Source: Ancylonema sp.
Lineage: Eukaryota
Direction of reading: 5' to 3'
Assembly (NCBI GenBank): GCA_050230475.1
Contig: JBFLGF010000079.1
Coordinates: forward strand, 62,001-93,407
DNA: 31,407 bases
The number at the start of each line of letters is the position of its first letter. Positions within the stretch are counted from its first letter, which is position 1. Positions 21,058-31,407 of this stretch are shown here, one piece after another. Under the pieces are notes generated by a model. It worked only from the letters and a program-made list of their open reading frames with translations, searched no databases and had not been told where the DNA came from. The translations under genes and the position numbers were made by a program.

Positions 21058-22210
21058 CAGTCAGCCTGTACTCAGCATCCTCCGGCAGAGACAGGATGTA
21101 CCGATCGAATTGATGCCCATTGTCGTTTATTCGGACGCATCTTCCTCTGTGACTCGTTTACTTTCACTGAATGTGGAATACATTTGACACCCCATTCCGT
21201 CTCACATGTGCAATCATTGCATATGTATCAATTCTGCAATGTTTTGTAATCATGTAACTCATTTCTGTCACCCAAGAGTCTTTCACATTGTGACCAAATC
21301 ATTGACATAGGCATCATAGATCATAGACATCGTCGTATTTCTGTGAGCACAGGACCACGGGGCCAAGCCCAAGACTCCTGGTTCTCCTCTTCATTGCGAG
21401 CAGTGAGACCTTTGTGGTGACCGCTCAGGGCAGTCGGCTATAGCCTTCGGGAATCCGAGATATCCGAGGCGAGGGGGGCAGCTGTGGCGCGTCCCTGGAG
21501 ACACCTTGTGCCTGCGCTCCAGCGCCGGCCACTTTGTGGTGCTGGTGAAGGATGGCAAAAGAGAACCGCATCTGGAGGCGAGGAGGTCTCTGAATCATAC
21601 GAAATCCAGGAGACGGAAGACAGCTACCACTTGCATTCACGGTCTTTTGAGAGTAAGTTTCTTCAGGTCCATGGCAAATGACACATTTTTTTGGCGAATA
21701 TGTGTCCTCACATGCGTGTGCTTACATCTGCATGCACATGTGCACCAGTACGAGTGCTACAACTTGTATGCGGGTAAGGCTGCTTTAGAAATGGCGGTGT
21801 ACAAGCGGCACTGTTGTCTTGCTTCCATGAGGTGTTGTGGATGACCCTAGAAGGGCCACTGGCCATCATTATTGTTGTTGCTCTTCTTTTTTGTTTTTTC
21901 AATTACGTAGTACATCGATTGTCATTGATGTCATTTAAACGAATTCATTTATGACTTGTGTCTACTATTGTGCCCAGGTCACCCCTGGCTGATGAGTCAA
22001 GTCTCAAATGTTGTACTCCCAGTATGCACAAACAAGTACAGTGCCCCTAGTACCCCAATGGGTTGATCATATCCTTGCCCATATGCATGTTACACACATG
22101 GCTGGGGTAGATAGCGATTGAAAGCATGCAGTCCGATATCCAAAGTGAGCAAGGGAGGTGATTGAAGGCAGCCTAGCTCCATGCATGAAAAAAAGAAATG
22201 CGTATTTGGA

Positions 22211-22614
22211 TCACTTGAGGACTTGGCTAGTTTCACCCTTCCTCTGAGATCTTGCCTCTGCTAGCAAGCACAGCATTTCAAACATCATGTTGGCGGCAAC
22301 TCTTTGAGTGTTTCCGGTCGGGTCGAATGGAGGTGAAGTGCACACGAAATCTCCCCCAACGAGGTGCAGACCTCGAAGACCCCGTAGCAACAGCTGGGCT
22401 TCCAATGTCGTTAGGCCTCCGTCCTGCAACCACCAACCACCAACCACCAACCACCTTCTGGGGTCCTGCTGTCACAACCACAAGAGGTACCACTTTTTGT
22501 TCACCTCTGGGGAACCTGTTCCGAGAGCAAAGGACGGATCGAGAGCATCGACATCGAAGGTGATGTACGTTGGCATGTTGCCCACCACCTGCGCCACGTC
22601 TCCACTGACCTCCT
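22211..22614 (-). pseudogene. Duplicated 3' fragment (last two exons, 22588-22505 and 22423-22211) of the ureohydrolase gene
   Basis: Matches 27519-27922. Encodes [28 protein letters not shown] and [10 protein letters not shown]...QVLK*. Confidence 0.9.
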
Positions 22615-25518
22615 ACCATCTGTTCCACCTCCCGACTGTCCTCCCCCTCCACCCACAGCTGCCGGTAGCGCTCCAGAAGCTGCGGACAGATGGCGGTGCG
22701 GCAGAACCCCGCGTTGCTCAGCAGCATCAGGATGCGCTGGTCGACGCTGGACACCTGGACGCCTGCCTGGAGGCCCGCGTAGGCGCCAGCTGCTGCATCC
22801 CCGTTGGCAGCGGCTGCCTGCGCTGGGTCTCCGGAGGCATCCTCTCCCCCCTCCTGCCCCACCCCCGGCGCCAGGGGCAGCTGTATTGCCATCTTCTCGA
22901 GGCAGTGGCAGAAGTCGGAGAAGGAGTCCGAGAAGGTCGTTTTCATGCTGTCCAGCAGCGAGTGCAGCCCCTGCGTGTGCGCCTGGGGGTCGTCCTCCCG
23001 CATCCCTATCAGGACGTCGCGCATGTGGTCGAGCGCGTTCCCGAGGGCATCGCGGAAGTGGAGGGGGTAGGCAGAGATGGCGTACGGCGTCTCCCCCCGT
23101 TCCGCGGTGGCCGCAGGCACCCACTCCGCCCCGCCTGCCAGCTCCACCGCCGCTCCCCGGGTGATGTAGCACACGCGGCGCACAAAGCGGCGGGTGACTT
23201 CCAGGCGCAGGTGCTGCAGGGCAGTGAGGGCCTGGGGGGGCGCAGAGTCGCGCTGCTTGAGGGTGTGGCAGAGGTGGGCCACCTGCGCCACTGCCGCTTT
23301 CAGGTACGGCCGCAGCTCCACTGCGTGCTCCAGCTGCGTGAGGGCTTGCACCACCTTGGTCTCATACACCCCGATCATGCCCACCACCATCACCGCCACC
23401 TCCTCCGTGCTGTGCTTCATGTACCCCTTGGTGCTCTCAAACGCGCCAAACTTCCCGCCAAAGATGGCCAGCGCCAGCTTCCAGAATCGCGGCAGGTGCT
23501 GCGTCAGAACCGCAGTGAGGCGCTTGATGAGGCGCGCGCACAGCTGGTCCGCCTCCACGTCGTGCGCCACCTCTTGCGCGGAGTCGAGCAGAGAGGCGTT
23601 GGTGGCGAGCAGCAGGGTGAGGTCCACCTCGGACCCCGCCACAGATTCCATCTGGATGTGCTTCCAGCGGTGGCTGGCGTGCTGCTTCTCCCGCGACTTC
23701 TGGTGGAGGGCGTCCAGGCGCTGCTCGTGCTCTACGGCGCACCCCTCCAGCAAACCGCGGATGCGGCGGTCCTGCACAGCCAGGTAGTGCCAGATGGGGT
23801 CCGACTCCGCGTCCAGCTCCAGCAGCAGCCGGATCTTGTTCTCCACCTCTGGCAGCTCCGCCTCTGGGTCCGCCATCTGCGAGTACAGCACCTCCTTGAA
23901 CTCCCCCACCACCTTCGCCACCTCCTCCAGGACTCGCTTCAAAATGCCAGACTGCAGGCAGGGCTGGGCAAGGCAGTGGGGCGTGAGGTGGGAGGGAGAG
24001 AGGGGTGGTGGGGGGATGGGGGGGGGCGCTGACGTGGGGAGGGAAGTTGAGGGACTTCGCTTTGACAGCCTCGTGCACCGCGCTGTCGTATTCCCCCTTG
24101 CGGACGAACCCGCGGATGACACTTGGCAGGTTGAAGAGGGTGCGGAAGCGCTGCAGCAGGCCCTGCACAGAGCGGATGCGCTCCACCTGCGCCTGCCGCT
24201 CCAGCAGCGGACTGAACGCCCGCCTGCCCACCTCGTCGCAGTCGCGCAGGGAGTCGCTCACCCTCTCCGTGCCAGACCCCGCCATGTCCGCCTCCATCTG
24301 CTCCAGGCGGCTGTGGATGTCCTGGATCGAGTTCTTGGCGGAGATGAAGACGTCAAAGTGGTCCTTGATCAGCTGCTTGCGCTGCTCCTCGTGGGAGGAG
24401 TGGTCTCGCTGCAGCACCTGCCGCCCCTTCTCCAGCTCCGCCGCCCCTGTCTCCTTGTGGATGCGCGCCGGGTAGTAGCGCCCGCTGCACTTTTGGTCCG
24501 AGTATATGATCTTCTCCACAGCCGCTTGCAAGTCGGCTGGGGGCGTCCCCCCCCGGCTGCTGTTGCGCCTGAGCGCCACAGTCTTGAGGTCCACGGGACC
24601 GAGGCCCAGGGGGTCCAGCAGCTCCCTCGCCTCCACTTCCACTCCCTCACCGACGCGCCGCAGAGAGGGGGCGGAGGGGGCAGACCCACGCGGCAACCGC
24701 ATCTCCCGTACCTTGCGCACCAACTGCACCCGCTCGACCACCGCCCTGTTCAATAGACGCCCCCCACCACCCACTGTTGCTGCGGGACCTACCTCTTGCT
24801 CATCCACTTCCTCCCAGAGCTCGGGTTCCCCACTGTTCTCCGACACCGGCTCTGGCTCGACTGCCCCTCGAATGGACAACATGGACGACTGGCGGACAGT
24901 GGGGGGAGCTCGGGCGGCAGCCTGCCCACGCATCACACGTGTCTCTTGCCGTTCTAAAGCAGCCTGGAGGGGGGCGGTGGGGGGGAGTATGGGCATAAGG
25001 GAGGAGAGTGAAGGTCCCGTTCTGAAACAACTTACTCTTCGTGTGGGCTCCACCTCATCCTCAGAGGACATCCCGACCGATTCTTCGTCACTGTCATCAT
25101 CATCCTCCCCTCCACCGCCGCTTGACTTGGAAGGCAGCTGTGGCAGAGGCGGTGATAATTTTGGCACAGCAACCGCCGCGGGAACCGGTATCGCAGTTTT
25201 GAGCGGGAGGGCAGGGGGCTTTGATGTGCTTCCGCCCCCTGGCCCCTTCGAACTCGAACTCTTGCTTGATTTCCTTCCAACTGTCCCAGTGATTCCACGG
25301 AGCTTTCCTAGATACCCCCCCTGCTTTTTATCGGGAGTGGGTCGCGGAGGGGAGTCGTCTCGAACGTCTAGTTTCGCCATCTGGTGACGGAAAAATTCAT
25401 CCTCCTCCAGTTCCTGCGCGCTCTCACCTCCACCTTTTCCTTTCTTTACAATGTCTTGGTTTCCTTCCAAACGCGCCATTTGACTGCGGAAGAAGGCCTC
25501 CTCCTCATCGTCGCTCAT
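22615..25518 (-). pseudogene. SEC5: SEC5/EXOC2 copy 3, truncated after ~893 codons and joined to the ureohydrolase 3' end
   Basis: Exons 25518-25036, 24963-24793, 24723-24034, 23951-22615. Sec5 sequence ends at ...SREVEQM at the duplication junction. Confidence 0.9.
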
Positions 25519-25737
25519 CGTGGCAGGTCAGGGGGTATGCCAATGCAAAGGAAAGTACGTGATGATGATTGCAATGCGATGCTGAATATCCTCATCGTCC
25601 TGAATATTTTTTGTACTTTATCCGTACTACTCATGATGTTGACTGACTGACATGACAGTGCCGGTGTCAGAAGTGTGCAGAATCTGCTCCATAAATTGCC
25701 TACTTAGACTGTAACTTCGTGTTCTGATTTCACATAT

Positions 25738-26365
25738 TTTCTGGACGCCTCGTCCTCCGAAACTACCCCTTCTTCTCCCTCTGAAACTTCCATGGCCTCT
25801 AGCAGTTTGATAGTAACTTTCTCCACCCACGGCTGACGCCCCGCTCTGAACGGTTCTCCTTTTCCGTTGTCTCAATGTCATACATCCTGTCCCATACATA
25901 CTCTATCCCAGGTGCTGGAGTCTGTGCGAAATAAGACTCGCTTAGAATGTCGTACTTCTCTGGCAGGGCATTCAAAAGTGTCTTAAGTCTGTCTCCTGCA
26001 TCTACCACCCCCCCTTTAACAGTGACCTTTCTTAGTGACTCATTGTATTTCTGCTTGATGTTCAGAAACGTCTCCTCCTCGGTGATAACGAAAGTTAGGA
26101 ACTCCTTTCTTGCAGCAATCTGCTCGGGTGTAACTGTATTGTAATCCACAGCGAGTTGCGCCCACATGTGAACAGGATTCCTCTCGTGGACATCTAAACT
26201 CATGACGATGACTGTCGGCTCTAAGGTCAGAGCACTGTCTGACTTGGACTCGGACGCAACGTCCACTGCCAGCGTCTCCGCCTCCGCCTCTGCCTCCGCT
26301 GAGCGTATCAATGTCGCAAAGTAACTCTCGTCCTCCATGCGCTTTCTGTGGTGAGACCAACTCAA
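25738..26365 (-). mobile_element. Second copy of the Ty1/copia-type gag fragment
   Basis: Same translation as 20491-21057 at offset 5308. Confidence 0.7.
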
Positions 26366-27518
26366 CAGTCAGCCTGTACTCAGCATCCTCCGGCAGAGAC
26401 AGGATGTACCGATCGAATTGATGCCCATTGTCGTTTATTCGGACGCATCTTCCTCTGTGACTCGTTTACTTTCACTGAATGTGGAATACATTTGACACCC
26501 CATTCCGTCTCACATGTGCAATCATTGCATATGTATCAATTCTGCAATGTTTTGTAATCATGTAACTCATTTCTGTCACCCAAGAGTCTTTCACATTGTG
26601 ACCAAATCATTGACATAGGCATCATAGATCATAGACATCGTCGTATTTCTGTGAGCACAGGACCACGGGGCCAAGCCCAAGACTCCTGGTTCTCCTCTTC
26701 ATTGCGAGCAGTGAGACCTTTGTGGTGACCGCTCAGGGCAGTCGGCTATAGCCTTCGGGAATCCGAGATATCCGAGGCGAGGGGGGCAGCTGTGGCGCGT
26801 CCCTGGAGACACCTTGTGCCTGCGCTCCAGCGCCGGCCACTTTGTGGTGCTGGTGAAGGATGGCAAAAGAGAACCGCATCTGGAGGCGAGGAGGTCTCTG
26901 AATCATACGAAATCCAGGAGACGGAAGACAGCTACCACTTGCATTCACGGTCTTTTGAGAGTAAGTTTCTTCAGGTCCATGGCAAATGACACATTTTTTT
27001 GGCGAATATGTGTCCTCACATGCGTGTGCTTACATCTGCATGCACATGTGCACCAGTACGAGTGCTACAACTTGTATGCGGGTAAGGCTGCTTTAGAAAT
27101 GGCGGTGTACAAGCGGCACTGTTGTCTTGCTTCCATGAGGTGTTGTGGATGACCCTAGAAGGGCCACTGGCCATCATTATTGTTGTTGCTCTTCTTTTTT
27201 GTTTTTTCAATTACGTAGTACATCGATTGTCATTGATGTCATTTAAACGAATTCATTTATGACTTGTGTCTACTATTGTGCCCAGGTCACCCCTGGCTGA
27301 TGAGTCAAGTCTCAAATGTTGTACTCCCAGTATGCACAAACAAGTACAGTGCCCCTAGTACCCCAATGGGTTGATCATATCCTTGCCCATATGCATGTTA
27401 CACACATGGCTGGGGTAGATAGCGATTGAAAGCATGCAGTCCGATATCCAAAGTGAGCAAGGGAGGTGATTGAAGGCAGCCTAGCTCCATGCATGAAAAA
27501 AAGAAATGCGTATTTGGA

Positions 27519-29463
27519 TCACTTGAGGACTTGGCTAGTTTCACCCTTCCTCTGAGATCTTGCCTCTGCTAGCAAGCACAGCATTTCAAACATCATGTTG
27601 GCGGCAACTCTTTGAGTGTTTCCGGTCGGGTCGAATGGAGGTGAAGTGCACACGAAATCTCCCCCAACGAGGTGCAGACCTCGAAGACCCCGTAGCAACA
27701 GCTGGGCTTCCAATGTCGTTAGGCCTCCGTCCTGCAACCACCAACCACCAACCACCAACCACCTTCTGGGGTCCTGCTGTCACAACCACAAGAGGTACCA
27801 CTTTTTGTTCACCTCTGGGGAACCTGTTCCGAGAGCAAAGGACGGATCGAGAGCATCGACATCGAAGGTGATGTACGTTGGCATGTTGCCCACCACCTGC
27901 GCCACGTCTCCACTGACCTCCTTATCCATTCACACACACTGAGCGAGGTGGGTTGCGCTTCACACACCTTTCGTGCCAAGGCCGCCACTTTTTGTGGCCC
28001 CAATTCAGCGAACTCTTCCATGGGAACCACCGTCATGCCCCACTCCTCGCTCATCATGCGAGAAGAGGAGACAGGGCCACGAATCCCGATCTGGATTGTC
28101 CTTAACGGGTCAAGCAGGCCCTCCTCCACTGCATTGCTGAAGGGAGTGCCGTTCCAGAACTGCCATCCCCTCCCCAGACCGCCGATGTCACCCCTCTCAC
28201 CTCGCCTCTGTCCTGCTCGCGCTACAGAGCATACCTTGGATCCCATGGTGTCTTGGGACTCTTTGGTGTCTGATGTGTCCATGTGAGCATCCAGGTGGAC
28301 CATGCCCAGTGGGCCGTGCTGCTCCGCCAGCGCTCGGAGTATTGGCAGCGTGATGCTGTGGTCGCCGCCCGCAGTGAGCGGAAGGATACCGCGCTGGCAG
28401 ATGGGGCGGTAGAAGGCCGCAATCTCTCGGTGGGCACTCTCCACTCCAGACCATGGGTGCTCCGACCACACATCCCCCACTGTAGGCAGGAGTGAGGTCT
28501 GAGGCCTGTGTGGTGGCGGAGGGGTGTGTGTGACTCACCATCCGCAATCTTGCACAAGGAGTACGGAGCAATTCCTGTGGAACCATGGATTTTCCGCAGC
28601 ATACTCGACTTGTTGCGGATTTCACGAGGACCAAATCGAGTGCCGGGATGGCTGGCGCCCCCATCAAATGGAACACCGACAAGAGCAATGTCAAGCTACA
28701 CAGAGCAAGGCAGAATGGAAGTGAGACTACGGCAGTCGTCACAAAAGTGCAAGAGTTTGATTCTAATAATCGGTTGTAATGGTCATGACACCATTACTTG
28801 CAGACACCTTCTGACAATCAGAGTAAGCAGACCATAGATTATAAAAATGTTATAGCATACAATGATAATAAATCGAGGATCAAGTTACTGAATACATCGA
28901 ACTATAGAGGTCGGTAGATTCCGGTTCTTGACTTACATTCACCATATTTCAAGAAAGTAAGATGTTAGAGGCGCATTAACCTGGTGTCATTGATACAAGC
29001 GATGGTCGTGATAGTTCTTAAATCATCTGTGTTGTGGACATTCCTTGGCATAAATGAGAGGCAGCGAGATGATTTACTATATTTTCTTTTTAGTAGAATA
29101 TCTATCTTCATTTGTGTTGTATTTTTAATCGCTGCTATGCATTGCACAGATGCACATTCGGAGCCGGACCCTGACCTCGTCCAAATTTTCAGCCAGTGGT
29201 GCCTTCAGCAGAGTAGGAAGGCCAGAAAACTTGGGAACTCCATGAAATAATGGTTTCTGCCAGCGGTGCAATTCCAGCGATGCCGGGGGGGGAGGTGAGC
29301 TGGAAAAGCATTTGAAGACGAAAAATGCATCTGGCTTGGGAATCAGGGCCGAGGTATCAGGTGCATGGCGCTGGTCGGGACAGTGGATGCCCGGGATCAT
29401 GCGAGAGCTGTTTAAACCTCTAAGCCGCAACCCTATCCGGCTAGCTACCTTACTAGATGTCAT
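27519..29463 (-). CDS. Ureohydrolase (arginase/agmatinase family), guanidinopropionase/agmatinase-like, ~392 aa, probable mitochondrial presequence
   Basis: Six exons joined in frame by GT-AG introns: 29463-29176, 28695-28539, 28479-28235, 28159-27968, 27896-27813, 27731-27519 (1179 nt). Motifs [63 protein letters not shown]-terminus [21 protein letters not shown] is Arg/Ser-rich and lacks acidic residues. Confidence 0.9.
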
Positions 29464-30399
29464 GTTTGATCTCAATCTATTTCATCCTCATTGCTCGTTG
29501 ACAGGGTTTAAAGCTTCTACGACGAAATTTCATATGAGTGCGAGAACATCCGTCGAGCTGTATGATGTGTGCCGGTACCTGTGCAGCGCCACAGGCTTTC
29601 AGGGAAGAGCCATCTGCTCTTCCGGAGCTGAGCTCCCGTTGAGTGATGAAGAACTGCACCACAAATACGAACGAGGACAAAAAAAACACCTGTACCTGTA
29701 TAACGACATCTTTGAAAGATACACTTCGTAGGAAATTTAGTCCGGATACAACGGATGGATGTTTCAGTTTTATAACTTATTATTACCACCTGCTTATTTA
29801 GCGGGCTCTGAATGCGCAGAGAGCATCTCTGATTGGTTCACCATCTAAGTGAATGGAGGATTGACGTGGTTTTATAGGGAAACACATGTTTATTATAACC
29901 GAACGACGGGTTTTATGGAGTCGTTTATGCGATGTAAAACTAGCAAGTCAAGACAGTTACGATTATAGCAGAAATAGCCTGATAAGACCCACCGATAACT
30001 GCTGAGAAGAAGACGCATGTTTAATGCTGTACATAATGGGTCTTCCGGGGCACACACCGTAGGGGCGGATGAGCACCTGAGTGCAGCATGGCGGTGAACT
30101 TTGACTTTTTTGAGACTGCGGCGATTGCATGCTTCATATCGTTAGGACAGTGAGCAGTAAGTGACGGCATCGGATCGAATTAATAAAAAGTGATTCAGGT
30201 ATCTTCTGCTTAATATTTCTGCATGAAATTAATGCAAGAAACTGGGCCTCGTGTGCCCCACTACGGCTGTATTGTTAGGGCTTGGTGCTCGTGGCCATCT
30301 GCGACTACAAGCCAACTTCGTAAGAATTGAGAAGTGTGTAAATCCATCTCACAAGCATCTACCTCACCAATCACCTGCTCATTACCCGCGTCGGCGTAG

Positions 30400-30828
30400 A
30401 TGGACTTCAACCAGCGAATGGTGCTTTTGACAGCAGCAGTAGTCGTGGTGACAGGAGCGGTGCTAGTGACAGCAGATTATGGAACTGAGAAAAATGTGTT
30501 TTCTGACGTAAGGGGTTGCCTCCTGTTTCTGATCGGAGGCAATATAATGTGATGGTATATGTCTTGTATGATTATCTTGTTCACCTTCATCTCAAGCTGT
30601 CCCAGCTGCGTACCAAGTTTGGCAACTTATGAGAGCAATCGACAATCATCATAATCCTTTTGTCCAAATGTATGCTGATGATCGCAGGTCAACAGGTTGG
30701 CTAGTTTGACTTGGAAACGGATGCTGCAACCTACGGCTGGAGAACTAGAAGAGCTAAAGAGGCGTGGTGGCCATTCTGGTGTGAGTTCACAAGAGAGCCA
30801 CAATGGAAAGAAGAGAGAGGATTCTTAA
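30400..30828 (+). CDS. Small single-pass membrane protein (~82 aa), two coding exons, function unknown
   Basis: 30400-30507 encodes MDFNQRMVLLTAAVVVVTGAVLVTADYGTEKNVFSD, followed by donor GTAAGG. Acceptor CGCAG at 30687, then 30688-30828 encodes VNRLASLTWKRMLQPTAGELEELKRRG...EDS*. A further GT-AG-bounded upstream exon may lie at ~30279-30320, so the start is tentative. Confidence 0.6.
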
Positions 30829-31407
30829 GGAAGAAAAAAAGTATGCCATCATGCACACGTGTCAATGGCGTCTAGAGACACAGCGATGTTGATGTATATA
30901 TTTTACAATCCCTATTCTATGGGTGTGAGAGAAAAATTGAAGTGTGAATTCGGTAAATGGACCCTATGATAGTCCAAAATGACATCATGTTTGGGAAACA
31001 CATCACTTCCACTTAGTATGGTAGTTCTCGATCATTACATCTCGTCAGAATTTTAACAGTGACATGGTCGAATACATAATGGTCGAATACTGAAAATAAG
31101 CAAACCACGATATCATGAAGACTCTCATCAAAAGATTTTCTGTTTTCACATCGAAAGAAATCAAATCAGCTTGCAAATTGATTACTCTAAAAGTGTGCAT
31201 GACAAAAAATAAATCAAATAATGAGCCGCAACAAATGTTGACTTTTGAGGTGATTGCCACTTAACACAACACAGGCTTTCTCAGACTTGTGACCACAAAT
31301 ATTACCATCGGCATGCCTTTGCACACTTCAACTTAACGACCGCAGGTGTTGTATGATTTGGTTTTGGGTTGTTGTATTGATTTAATTTGCACGAATTGCG
31401 AGCACCA

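Larger units (their letters stand above)
17307..22614. repeat. Unit 1 of a 5308-bp tandem duplication
   Basis: All ORFs repeat at offset 5308 (18129/23437, 20491/25799, 22211/27519). Only two mismatches noticed: 17370 C / 22678 A and 17445 C / 22753 A. Confidence 0.95.
22615..27922. repeat. Unit 2 of the 5308-bp tandem duplication
   Basis: Junction CTGACCTCCT|ACCATCTGTT at 22614/22615. Parental contexts are CTCGCTC|ACCATC (17306/17307) and CTGACCTCCT|TATCC (27922/27923). Confidence 0.95.

Noticed and set aside
29312..29731. 139-aa + strand ORF
   Set aside because: It overlaps ureohydrolase exon 1 in antisense, and has no recognisable motif or splice support.

Overview
Eukaryotic, intron-containing genomic DNA. 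The plant-type SEC5 and PDR/ABCG proteins and GC-rich exons point to a streptophyte green alga (inference). The window is a recently rearranged locus. It holds three minus-strand copies of exocyst SEC5/EXOC2: copy 1 (<1-3756) has a +1 frameshift in a homopolymer, copy 2 (16489-20210) is intact, and copy 3 (22615-25518) is 3'-truncated. An AT-richer accessory block (~4000-8500) holds a Tc1/mariner-like end, a long degenerate inverted repeat, diverged direct repeats and a 400-bp MITE with TIRs and a TSD. A full-size PDR/ABCG transporter (8719-15462, +) carries an in-frame TAG and at least one frameshift. A 5308-bp tandem duplication (17307-22614 / 22615-27922) carries a Ty1/copia gag fragment, and its junction joins SEC5 to the last two exons of a ureohydrolase gene. 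The intact ureohydrolase (27519-29463, -) resembles bacterial guanidinopropionase (GpuA) but has introns, a mitochondrial-type presequence and two unusual active-site substitutions (His->Asn, Glu->Cys). A small spliced membrane-protein gene (30400-30828, +) is missed by the ORF track. The best leads are the variant ureohydrolase, the potential SEC5-ureohydrolase chimera and the mosaic SEC5 paralogs. All comparisons were made by eye.
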